A stretch of 63,876 nucleotides of DNA, counting the filler, from Phoronis australis (lineage: Eukaryota > Animalia > Phoronida): the NCBI GenBank assembly GCA_002633005.1. It is 9 parts of 9 records of this genome, joined end to end, with 100 filler letters (N's around TTAATTAATTAA, not from the genome) between each part and the next. Parts side by side here need not be neighbours in the genome. Positions count along the whole stretch, not along the records: positions 20,167 to 38,803 come from NMRA01001197.1; 8 more parts are not named here. One strand, written 5' to 3'. A model generated the notes under the pieces. That model saw only the letters and a list, made by a program, of their open reading frames with translations, did not search any database and was not told the origin of the DNA. Made by a program: the position numbers and the translations under genes. This document shows positions 25,601-35,938 of this stretch, in pieces. The stretch's first letter is position 1. Every line of letters starts with the position of its first letter.

Positions 25601-28104
25601 TAGAACAAAATATCGAAAGGGAACCAAGAAACACAGCAAATCTAAAAAAATAAGTCCTCTCACCGTATCTCAGCACTTCAATTTCAGTTCAGACTAAGAT
25701 AATAGTTTTTATCTTAAATCTTCTTATTCCTCACCTTATTAACCCGCCGTATCACTGAATGTTATGGCCGCCATTCTACCTCTACAATTCCTGGCATCAG
25801 GCGTATTGTAATCTCTTGTCGGCGAGTCATAATAAGCGTCGAAAGCAGTTGTGAGAAAATTCGTGTGAGAAGTTTGTGCTGCCCTTATTTCGGTATGTGT
25901 GCCTACGTTTGTAGGGTTTCCAAAAGACGAGGAGGGAGGGAAGTTAAAAAAGTTCGCTTCCCTGTCAGGTACATTTCTCATCATAACTTAGTCATCTATA
26001 ATTCCTCAATCCCCAACCCAAATGGAATTCCAGATTTTGTTTGCCGATTTCTAAGTAGACGTCTCCTCCCGTTCACTGCCCCTGGTGAACTCTGAATGCC
26101 TGCACAAGTATTGTTTTTTAACTCACGTGCCAAATGTCAACTCACTTGATACATCCCGGTAAAATACAAAGATACAGTATCAAAGTTTGACATCAGCATA
26201 GGCCTACACAGCAATGGGTTTTATGTCAAGACTAAATTAGCAACAGAGATGTGATGTGATGTGATAAGCTGTTACAAATTTCAGACATTTTCGGGACTGG
26301 GTGAGGAAGTCAAGAAGTAAAGCTTAAAAATTGCCAAATGTATCAAAGAAATGGCATAAAAATACTTATTGAAACTAAAAAATGAATATCAGTTACAAAA
26401 CACTCAGAATTCCACGTTAGAGACATACTCTTGTAGTTGTAGTAGGGCGGTCGAAGTCGGCCATTTTGTTTTTGGATGGGTCATTTTCAACGTACCAAGT
26501 TCCATTTTCAAAAATTTTTATTAGTTAAACTCCACATTCTTAAGCTACAAAAAGTAAAGTAACAGATTCTCAAATAAACTTTCTAAACGTACAATAAATG
26601 AGTCTGACCTCTCTGTCCACTAAAGTGTGAAATTCCACCTTTGAATGAAGGTCCAGGTTCAGGAATTCCAGTCTCGCGAAACCGCGGCACCGACAAGTAG
26701 GCATTTTTCAGCTCTTTGCGCATGTTGGACTCACCAGTTGGGGGGGTGCATTAAATGTTTTTACATAAAAGAAAGGTCAAATTTTCACTTTCCGGACGAA
26801 GAATTTTTAATTTCGTCCTTAAACATAAAAATTTTGTTAAATTTCAACTTTAGAGCAAAATAAATACAAGTTAAAAATTTTTTTTCAAAATTCTTCGTCC
26901 GGTTCTTTATAGGCCAACCTCCCCTTAAAATATTGGACTGAACTGCATTCAAGTGTCACATGTCTCCGACGTGCGCAAAAGCGTTATGTGAATGTATCTA
27001 CAACAGCATTTGAAATCTTCGTTAGTGACGTCACTTCCGCGTCCTTCTTCTATGGCGCCAAACACCAAGGTGGTTGTGTGTAAGTGAATACCTCTATTTC
27101 ATCCAAATAATCTAAGTAGCTGGAAGAACTTTTATGGAGGATTAATATCCACAGTGCATTAATATATGACATTTATTGTGCAGATTCTATTATTTGTCCA
27201 AAATGTGTGATAGTGGTCGTCGGAATTCATAATTAAGTTGAAGCTGTCTGCATTGCGATTGTACTTGGTAATTGAAATAAATGCAACCGTACATTACGTT
27301 GTTGGTTTTCTTTGTGATGATACTGTGTCAATTGGAAGTACTGTTCTGTGGTAAATGGCTTAGCTATGGTCTATGATTGGATTTTATGAGAAACGCTGAA
27401 ACAAAGGGGAGCGGGCGGCACAAATAAACGAGGACAAGGTGAGTGCCACACGGGCACTAGTCGGATGGCGTGTTCCAAAAAGCTGTGGGTAGGTGGTACT
27501 TTTTCAGCAAATTTTGTGGGTCCCAATAACCCCTAGATTTCTAATTTTTTTGTAAGAAAAGCCAATTGCTTTTGCCTCAACCCTGTGAAAATTGCTGTGG
27601 CAGTCGTCCCACAGAAATTCTGCAACAAAGGATGGGAATTTGACTTGCCTGGTTACTGAAGTGGGGGTCTCGCAACGATTTTTGGTACATGACTTCAAGC
27701 ACCTTCTCAATGTGACAAACTCCCACCCTCAGGTACAACTAGGGTTAATGGAGTGCAGGGAAACTTGGATTCTGTAAATGACAATACGGTGTGTATGTTA
27801 CACTAGTATTCCCTGAGGACAAGATGGTGCTACTTGAATGAAACGTCAACGGATGTAGTTTTTGTTTATTTACAGTTTTTAGTGCATCCCTCAAGTTTTC
27901 GGCTGAGTAAATCTGAAGAAGGTATTTAAGGTTAAACGTTGGATATTGTAATTTCGTGTTGATTCATCAATATTAAAAATGTGAATAACTTGTTATTGTT
28001 CTTGTTTTGGACGTTATTGTTTTGATTGTTCTTGTTTTACTCTTAATTGAGTAAACACAATTGTTGTTCTTGTTAGTGTTATTGACGAATTCATATGATA
28101 TTTG

Positions 28105-29045
28105 TTATTGACTGTGATCCTTCATTGACCTGCTGTTGAAGTTTGACTTAACCCTTTTATAATTTGTTTGTTCAAAATGTGTCTTGCTCTTTCCACATCT
28201 TATTGAATTGTGTTTTGCTTGTCGCACGACCTTCTGGTGGTTTGGTCGTGCTCTTTGCAGGACTTGTTGAATTTTGTCTTGTTCTTTGCAGGACTTGTTG
28301 AATTGTGTCTTGCTCATTGCAAGACCCGTTGTTGATGCTTGACTTAGCCTTGTATAATTTGTTTTTGAATTTTGTCTTGCTCATTGCAGGACCTGTTGAA
28401 TTGTGTCGTGCTCGTTGCAACACCCGTTGTCGAAGTTTGACATAGCCTTGTATAATTTGTTCTTGAATTTTGTCTTGCTCTTTGCAGGACTTGTTGAATT
28501 GTGTCTTGCTCGTTGCAAGACACGTTGTTGGTGTTTGACTTAGCCTTGTATAATTTGTTCTTGAATTTTGTCTTGCTCATTGCAGGACCTGTTGAATTGA
28601 TGTATCTTGCTCATTGCAGGACTTGTGGAATTGTGTCTTGCTCGTTGCAAGACCCGTTGTTGAAGTTTGACTTAGCCTTGTATCATTTGTTCTTGAATTT
28701 TGTCTTGCTCATTGCAGGACCTGTTGAATTGATGTGTCTTGCTTGTTGTACGACCTTCTGGTGGTTTGGTCTTACTCTTTGCAGGACTTGTTGAATTGTG
28801 TCTTGCTCGTTGCAAGACCCGTTGTTGAAGTTTGACTTAGCCTTGTATCATTTGTTCTTGAATTTTGTCTTGCTCGTTGCAGGACTTGTTGAATTGTGTC
28901 TTGCTCTTTGCAGGACTTGTTGAATTGTATCTTGCTTGTTGAACGACCTGTTGTTGAAATTTGACTTAACCCTTGCATAATTTATTTTTGATCTGTGTCT
29001 TGCTCTTTGCACCTGTTGTTTACTTGTGTCTTGCTTATTCACTAC
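28105..29045. repeat. Higher-order tandem array (about 31-bp and 67-bp units) upstream of the transposase
   Basis: Repeats of TGTCTTGCTC(A/G/T)TTGCAGGAC(C/T)TGTTGAATTG alternating with longer units containing TTTGACTTAGCCTTGTAT. Confidence 0.9.
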
Positions 29046-29112
29046 TTGGTCATCATTCTCCACTTTATTTTTCCTTCCTTGAGTTTAGTACTTTAAACAC
29101 CATATTCGTTTC

Positions 29113-32100
29113 GTGAAAAACAGTCATCAACTTGTTACTACTGTTATGCAATTCTTTTCGTTATTGCTAACTATTGTCATGTCTTTGGTGTATTTGGGTG
29201 ATTTTTGTAAGGAAGTTGGTCTAAGTGTCCAGATTTTGGACCAGTTGAGTGCAAGTGTTTGTGATGTTGGGGACATTGGAGGTGATGGTTGGGGGAAGGA
29301 GGGAGATGGTGCCGGTGGCATTGGTAGTGTGTTGGACAGTTTCAGCAGGGGGTTTGGGGACATGAAGATTTCTAGTTCAAAATTGACAGATGGGTTGATG
29401 AATGAGTTACTTGTTCATTTCAATTACAATGTTGTTGTTTTATATAATGTATTACAAAGGTTGCTGTGTGATCCTGAGTGCTTGGGCAGTGTGAAAGATG
29501 GCAACTGGCGTCTTTGTTTGAAGCGCTTTAAGCAGAGACGTCAGTTTCTCATGAAGAATAAATCGAGAGACTGTTTGCTAAATGAGTATGATAGAAGTGT
29601 ATTTGTTATGCCTGGGAAGCGCAAGACCGATGAAGGGAATGATCCTGTGAAGAAGTTGAGAATGCTTGAGTGTTTGGTGGAGAGACAAGCGGGAATAATT
29701 GAGAAACGGGAAAAAAGGATACAGCAAATGAGTTGTGAGAAAGCTTTTATGCAGAATGAGTTGACGAGTACTTGGCAGGACTGTGGCAGTGTGCATGATG
29801 CTAGCGTGAAAGTGAAAGGTGATAGTACTTTGAGTAAGAGGAATGTGAATAAGAGGTTGTCACGTAGAGAAGTGAAGATTAGGGAGTTGGAGTGTCAAAA
29901 ATGTGAGTTACAGAGGCTACTGCGAGAGACAGAAGATGAACTGGAACGGGTACGCGAGTCTACATTAGATCTGGAAGTAAGGTTGGAGGAAAATGAAGGT
30001 GAGCTAATTAAGACAAAGAGAAAACTGTCATATTATAGATGTAAGATTCCAAAATCATTACGTAAGTTACAGGGAGAAGTAAGTAGTTTAAGTGATGAAT
30101 GCTCAGTGCTGGCAACTGAGAGGAATGAACTGGAAGAAAGGTGTGATGAGTTGGAAAGACTGTTGAATGATAAGGTGGTGAAAGTGTTTGAGAATGGGAA
30201 GTACACGAATGAAGTGCGACTGGTTTTTCAGCAGATGCGTGAGATGGGTGTAAGTGCTCGTAACTGTAGCAATATTGTTCATACAGTTTTAAATAACATT
30301 GCAGGGAAAGAAGTTAATCGATTGCCAGGGTCAACATTTCCAAAATATATGTCTTTTGAGATGCGGGGAATGGCAATGAGGCAGTTAGCAGATGAAATTC
30401 TGGAAGGAGAGAACTTAACATTGCAGAGTGATGGTACAACAAAGTATGGAAGGCATTACCAAACATTCGACGTAAGTACAACAACAGGTAGAACGTTTAC
30501 CATGGGGATGAGAGAGGTGGCAAGTGGAGACAGCAGGACAGCACTCGAGACATTGAAGGAAGTCATTGGTGATGTAGCATCGACAGTTGGAGGTGATGTT
30601 GGAATGGTTAGTAAGGAGATGGTTGGTAAGATCAAGAATACGATGTCCGACCGTGCAGCCACTGAAAAGAAATTCAATGAATTGTTGGGTGAGTATAGGG
30701 TAAGCATACTACCGGAGGTTATTCAACAGTATAATGGTATGTCGAAATGTGAGAGGGAAAGCGTTGATAGAATGAATAACTTTTATTGTGGAATGCACTT
30801 TGTTGTAGGATTAGCAGAACAGAGTGAAGGAGCCCTGAAAGTGTATGAGAAACTTGTGTTTAAAGAAAACGTGGGCAAGGTCGGAGCTGGCTCCGTACCT
30901 GGAGTGTTTCCAAAGGCAACTGAAAGTGGAACAAGTAGGCTTATTCGGACGTTGTGTAAGGCAGTGCAAGGAAGAGCTTCTTGCGAAAAATCTGGCAGAG
31001 CTGGTCTCTTCGCAGATTTTTTGCAAGAAGTTCACCAACGTTCAGTGCCTTTAGCACCGTTTCGAGGGAATAGATTTAATATAATATTTCATAATGGCGC
31101 TGGCGTCTATGCTTTATGGGAGAGGGGATATTTGCAGGAATTTTTTGACAAAGTCAAGGATGACAATCTACTATTGAAAGCTGTACATGCTGATCTTGAA
31201 GTGAGCCAGTATGCTGCTTGTGCTCGTGCATTGGGAATAATAGGTAAGACCATGACAGTACCTCTATGGAATGTGCTCGAACAAAAAGGACACGTATGTG
31301 GAATGGGAGAAAGGTTTAGTGTGTTTTTGGACTGCTGTGAAAGGTGGGCACATGATGCCACTGAGCTGTTGAAAGGTGATGGATGTGTGTTTAATGACTG
31401 TGATATAAGCAAGGACTGGGTGTATGAGAGCTTGGTGGCACAAAATAACTTGACTGATGATTACACTAAACAGGTATTGGAGCTGCTAATGTCTTCATTT
31501 GTATATACATGCCGACGGTTGCTGGGTGATCATCTAGAAGGAGGAAGGCACCACAACATGACACAGGGTGTTCGTGAGGAGACAACGAGTGTACCAAGGA
31601 CTAATGTAGCAGCAGAGAGAGATTTTTCCTGGTTGGATAGGTTAGTTCATACGAAGCCGAGTGCTGAGACTGCTACTGTAGAAGGTATAACAATGTTTAG
31701 TAACAATAAAACGTATGAGTGGATTACTTCTAGGACACCAGCAGAAAGAGATGACATCATGAATGCAGCCAGGACTAGTGTGCGTGAGCAGAGGAATGCG
31801 TTACTACAAAGAAAGGTGGCTTTAAGAAACAAAAGGTGTCAGTTGTCCGAAGAAAAATTAGTCAAAAAGCAACGTTTGGAAGAATCAAATCGTGTACGAA
31901 CCATTAAGCTGACACAACAAATAACTAACCATGGCGGCCTTTGGCAAACCTCTGACCTAGTTGAAAAAAATCAAAATTATCCCGCCATAGAATGCCAACT
32001 GAAATTTCGGAAATACGTTTTGAATCAACCAAATACTGAAGGCATTTTGAATCTTTCAACAAAAGGAAAAAAACACACAATTGAGCAGTTGGCAAATAAT

Positions 32101-32742
32101 TTGAAAAGAGCCATAAGCCTTTCAGTGGATGAGGTAGAACAAAGTGTGGTTAACGAGGACGTTGAAGAATATTTCAGGCCCAATAATGAAGACCTTAATT
32201 TTCAGAAAAACCTGTACCTAGAGCGTGCTAGAAAACAGATCTCCATCAGTGCAGTTCCCCAACCAACAGAAACCAACATCACTTGCTGCGAAGATTTAAT
32301 TGGAAAGAGAATAAAGCATTTGTGGATAGAAAACAATGATAGAGTTTGGTTTCAGGGTACAGTTTGTTATGGAGAGAAGAAAGGCCAATCTTATGAATTT
32401 GCAGTGCGTTATGATGGTGATGATGAGCCATATCATCTACGGCTTTGGAGTGATTTAAAGAAGGGGGAGTTGATTGTCTTGCCTGTTTCAGTTGCAGATC
32501 TCATGGGAGCCAAGATTCAACACCGATTTATAGACAGTGATGGCCATGAAAGTTGGTGGAGTGCTCGTGTGGTTGGTGTGGAAGATGCCGATTGTAATAA
32601 CCCTATGTTTCGAATTTTGTATGATGATGATGACGATGACGGTGAACGTGAAATGTCTGATAGTGATGTTGATTGTGAAAAGCGAGAGTGGAAATTTAAT
32701 TTATTTGAAGATTACAGAAGTAACGACCTTCGCCTTTTGTAG
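29113..32742 (+). CDS. hAT-superfamily DDE transposase with N-terminal coiled coil and C-terminal tandem Spin/Ssty-like Tudor domains
   Basis: Uninterrupted 1209-codon ORF (GTG start in the track, first ATG near 29146, true start possibly spliced); LQSDGTT (D440), TMSDRAA (D513), YCGMH (CxxH 559-562), TNVAAERDFS (E835); Tudor-like repeats from about aa 1061. Confidence 0.85.
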   Translation: MKNSHQLVTTVMQFFSLLLTIVMSLVYLGDFCKEVGLSVQILDQLSASVCDVGDIGGDGWGKEGDGAGGIGSVLDSFSRGFGDMKISSSKLTDGLMNELLVHFNYNVVVLYNVLQRLLCDPECLGSVKDGNWRLCLKRFKQRRQFLMKNKSRDCLLNEYDRSVFVMPGKRKTDEGNDPVKKLRMLECLVERQAGIIEKREKRIQQMSCEKAFMQNELTSTWQDCGSVHDASVKVKGDSTLSKRNVNKRLSRREVKIRELECQKCELQRLLRETEDELERVRESTLDLEVRLEENEGELIKTKRKLSYYRCKIPKSLRKLQGEVSSLSDECSVLATERNELEERCDELERLLNDKVVKVFENGKYTNEVRLVFQQMREMGVSARNCSNIVHTVLNNIAGKEVNRLPGSTFPKYMSFEMRGMAMRQLADEILEGENLTLQSDGTTKYGRHYQTFDVSTTTGRTFTMGMREVASGDSRTALETLKEVIGDVASTVGGDVGMVSKEMVGKIKNTMSDRAATEKKFNELLGEYRVSILPEVIQQYNGMSKCERESVDRMNNFYCGMHFVVGLAEQSEGALKVYEKLVFKENVGKVGAGSVPGVFPKATESGTSRLIRTLCKAVQGRASCEKSGRAGLFADFLQEVHQRSVPLAPFRGNRFNIIFHNGAGVYALWERGYLQEFFDKVKDDNLLLKAVHADLEVSQYAACARALGIIGKTMTVPLWNVLEQKGHVCGMGERFSVFLDCCERWAHDATELLKGDGCVFNDCDISKDWVYESLVAQNNLTDDYTKQVLELLMSSFVYTCRRLLGDHLEGGRHHNMTQGVREETTSVPRTNVAAERDFSWLDRLVHTKPSAETATVEGITMFSNNKTYEWITSRTPAERDDIMNAARTSVREQRNALLQRKVALRNKRCQLSEEKLVKKQRLEESNRVRTIKLTQQITNHGGLWQTSDLVEKNQNYPAIECQLKFRKYVLNQPNTEGILNLSTKGKKHTIEQLANNLKRAISLSVDEVEQSVVNEDVEEYFRPNNEDLNFQKNLYLERARKQISISAVPQPTETNITCCEDLIGKRIKHLWIENNDRVWFQGTVCYGEKKGQSYEFAVRYDGDDEPYHLRLWSDLKKGELIVLPVSVADLMGAKIQHRFIDSDGHESWWSARVVGVEDADCNNPMFRILYDDDDDDGEREMSDSDVDCEKREWKFNLFEDYRSNDLRLL

Positions 32743-33539
32743 AGCACATCTATGTTTGAAATAATTAAACTTCTACTTCATTATTTTATTCCTAATCTTA
32801 ATGCATAATTTACTGATCAATTCATTGCATAATTATTTGTATTATATTAATTCATTTAAAAGTTATTGCCTGTCATTTAGCATAATTCATTACTTAATTT
32901 AATGTGTCTTTTATAATTCATGGAATGATTTGCTGCATTGATTCCTAATTTTTAATATATTGTATAAGGTATTGTTTGTCTTTTTGCGTTATTGGTTACA
33001 TCTTGTGTTCTGTTTAATACTTCATTTATTGGATAATTTGTTACTTGGTTGTTACATCTATCTTATTGTGGTATTTATTGATCTACATATTGTGTAATTT
33101 AATCTAAAAACATTTGATTGCCTGACTAACAGCGTAATTCATTACTTAAATTAATATGTAATAATTAATGTCTTGTATACTTTGCAGCATAATTTATTTC
33201 TTGTACTTTATTGCATAGTGTATTGCTTATCTTATTGCGTTATTCATTATTTGGTTATTGTGCTTCATGTATTGCATAATTTATTAATTGAGATAATAAT
33301 TAAATGTTTTATCTTTCACTTAACATGTTATGGAATTTATTGATCAAGAGATTGTGTAATTTAATTACTTGTTGTGTGAAGATGAATGTGAGCGTGTCAT
33401 TGTGATGGTGTTTTTGAAATGCGAGAGCTCATCTATTTTAGTTACAGTTAAATGTAAAATTTGTTGATATTCCTTTTGTAAACATCTCAATGTTTGATAT
33501 ACCTCAACATCCACTTTATTAATTTATCACTTCCTTAAG

Positions 33540-33965
33540 TTGTTGGTTAACTTATTGCTTAAATTATTGGGTAACTTATTGCTTAAATTATTGTGTAACT
33601 TATTGCTTAAATTATTGTGTAACTTATTGCTTAAATTATTGGGTAACTTATTGCTTAAATTATTGGGTAACTTATTGCTTAAGTTATTGGGTAACTTATT
33701 GCTTAAGTTATTGTGTAACTTATTGCTTAAATTATTGCGTATCTTATTGCTTAAGTTATTGGGTAACTTATTGCTTAAGTTATTGTGTAACTTATTGCTT
33801 AAGTTATTGGGTAACTTATTGCTTAATTTATTGTGTAACTTATTGCTTAAATTATTGTGTAATATCATGCTTAAATTCTTGCTTAAACTATTGTAATTTA
33901 TTCCATAACCTATTGCTTAAATCATTGTGTAAATTATTGCTTAACTTGTTGTGTAAGTTATTGCC
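33540..33965. repeat. 24-bp (2 x 12-bp) minisatellite downstream of the transposase
   Basis: (TTATTGCTTAAR TTATTGKGTAAC)n; degenerate TTATTG versions extend back to about 32800. Confidence 0.95.
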
Positions 33966-34091
33966 GAAGTTACGGTGTACTTTTGGTATAATTCAATCAC
34001 TATCTTACTCTATAATTAATTCGCAAAGTTTCAGGTGATATATATTTCATGTTATTCGGTGTTATTACGCATTTGGACTCTGTATTGTGGC

Positions 34092-34160
34092 TGTGTGTGT
34101 GTGTGTGTGTGTGTGCGCCTGTGTATGTGTGTGTGTGTAACGTGTGCGTATGTACGTGTG
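34092..34160. repeat. (TG)n microsatellite
   Basis: Visible directly in the sequence. Confidence 0.9.
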
Positions 34161-35401
34161 ATGAAACTAGTCTTTTGTTGTTTACTAAAGGTTGCTTTCA
34201 AACTCCATTCATACTTCATATCATTTTAAAAGAACTTATTCAATGATTATTTTTGATTAAATTTACTGGAATTTTTCTGTGTTCAACAGGTTGTTTGCAA
34301 TTTCACTATTTTGGTTATTATTAAGTTTTGAAATTTCTTCTCCCTTCAGTGTTTAAAATTTTAAATTAAATTGTCTTGGATGGCCATGGACGTTGATGCT
34401 CTTTAGTGTCTGGATTTTATTGTGTCATATATTTGTTCCTAATTTTATTTTACAGATATAATATATTTAATGTTCTTCGAAGTTACTATTCAAAGTCGTT
34501 TCTCAAGAAGTGACATGTTTTTTAAGATTGATTAATTTTCTTGCAGTACTCATTCACATTTGAAGAACTTACTTATTTCTTGTATGTAAATAATTTTCAA
34601 TCGTCATATTTGCCTATTCCAGCTATCAAACTACGTCAAGTCAGTTTCCATTTAATGATGATATTTATCATTTTAACATGCTCATCCCTCGTTTTCAAGT
34701 TCAGTTGAAGTACAATTTCATTTCTTGAATTTGTTGTTAACATAGGACTTGTACTAATTTGAATTGATTTTTTCCCACAGGTTATTAACTTTTTTCTTAA
34801 TTGTATTTCAGCTTTGTTTGAATGGGGTTCTTGTTTCAGAAATGAATTACACTTCACTTGTTGTGATTTAACCAGCTACCATACTTTTTATGTCATCTAA
34901 TTGCTCCATATTTTATCATTTTTATTAACTTTTCAACAGATTTTAACTGACATCATCAATTCTCGGTATCTCATTGGTTAGAAGATTGTCAATTTCTATA
35001 TTCCTCACATACGTAAATTCCATTTATTATATTGTTTGGTTCCATTTTATTATGTTGCTTTGTTTTGCGTTTCATTTTGTTTTGTTTAACCTCACTGTAT
35101 GGCAGTGCTTTGACGTAGCAGTGAGGCTCGATTGCAGTTTGACTGCACTCGCTAAAGCTGCCATTTCAATTCCGTTTTTATGCTTATTAATTTTATGTCA
35201 TGAAAAATTTTCAGATAGCTGGTCTTCAGTTGAATTATTATTTACTCTCTTATAGGACTCTGTCTTGAATTTTGTCGTAATTGTTACCTTTCCTCCAAAT
35301 TTTCAATTCATAAGCTGATCCAATATCCTAACCCTTCAATTTTGTTTTTTCAGGGTGGAATTGATCATATTTTTGTTTAAATTTCATTTATATCCATAAT
35401 T

Positions 35402-35938
35402 ATGTCTTCTTCCAGTAATCTTACGTTTGATGAATCTTCTGTTTGCACTAAACCGAGGTCTATACCTTTTCGTTGCCGGCATGGTGTAGTAAACACTTCC
35501 GTTTCTGTCGCATCCTCTTCTTATGTTACAACTAATTACATATCTCATTCGTTTTCCGAATTGAGTCTGTTTACCCCTTCTTCTCATTCTGTTGATTCTT
35601 CTTTGTTGCCGTCGTCTGCCTCGTATGTCTTTGGAGGGAGAAACTCTTACTCCGGAATAGGGTTTCTCAATCCAAAGTACATCCCTGTTGCTGACAGACA
35701 CACATATGCTTCAGTTCCTTCTGATTTAGTCAAGTCCTGCTCAGCTCCTGCCTCTCCTCGGTCCAGGTCTCCGATACCGCCTCGGAGATGCTGGAGTGCT
35801 CAAGGCAGGTTAAACTGTGCCTTTAAGGAGAGGGGACCTCATCAGTTAAGTTCAAGTAATGTCTTTTGTTCTGAGTGCGGTCAGAATCTATCTGATCACC
35901 CTTGGCAATGTTTCCCCATTATTTTAGATTCAGACTGA
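35402..35938 (+). CDS. Putative 178-aa Ser-rich accessory protein with a C-terminal CxxC...H...C motif inside the transposon
   Basis: ATG-started ORF, GC-richer than its AT-rich flanks; ends CSECGQNLSDHPWQC; acceptor-like ttttttcag just upstream near 35353. Confidence 0.4.
   Translation: MSSSSNLTFDESSVCTKPRSIPFRCRHGVVNTSVSVASSSYVTTNYISHSFSELSLFTPSSHSVDSSLLPSSASYVFGGRNSYSGIGFLNPKYIPVADRHTYASVPSDLVKSCSAPASPRSRSPIPPRRCWSAQGRLNCAFKERGPHQLSSSNVFCSECGQNLSDHPWQCFPIILDSD

Noticed and set aside
28105-29045. CRISPR-like repeat/spacer appearance
   Set aside because: The intervening segments are themselves repeated rather than unique spacers; there are no cas genes and the context is eukaryotic
28105-29063. 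Multiple overlapping short ORFs in the ORF track
   Set aside because: Products of the tandem array with no independent coding signal
33527-33896. Leu-rich and Asn-rich repetitive ORFs on both strands
   Set aside because: They are translations of a 12/24-bp minisatellite that lacks stop codons in those frames
35384-35701. Arg-rich minus-strand ORF resembling a CRESS-virus capsid N-terminus or a protamine
   Set aside because: Best explained as the antisense shadow of the TCT/Ser-rich + ORF; no capsid body or Rep gene is nearby
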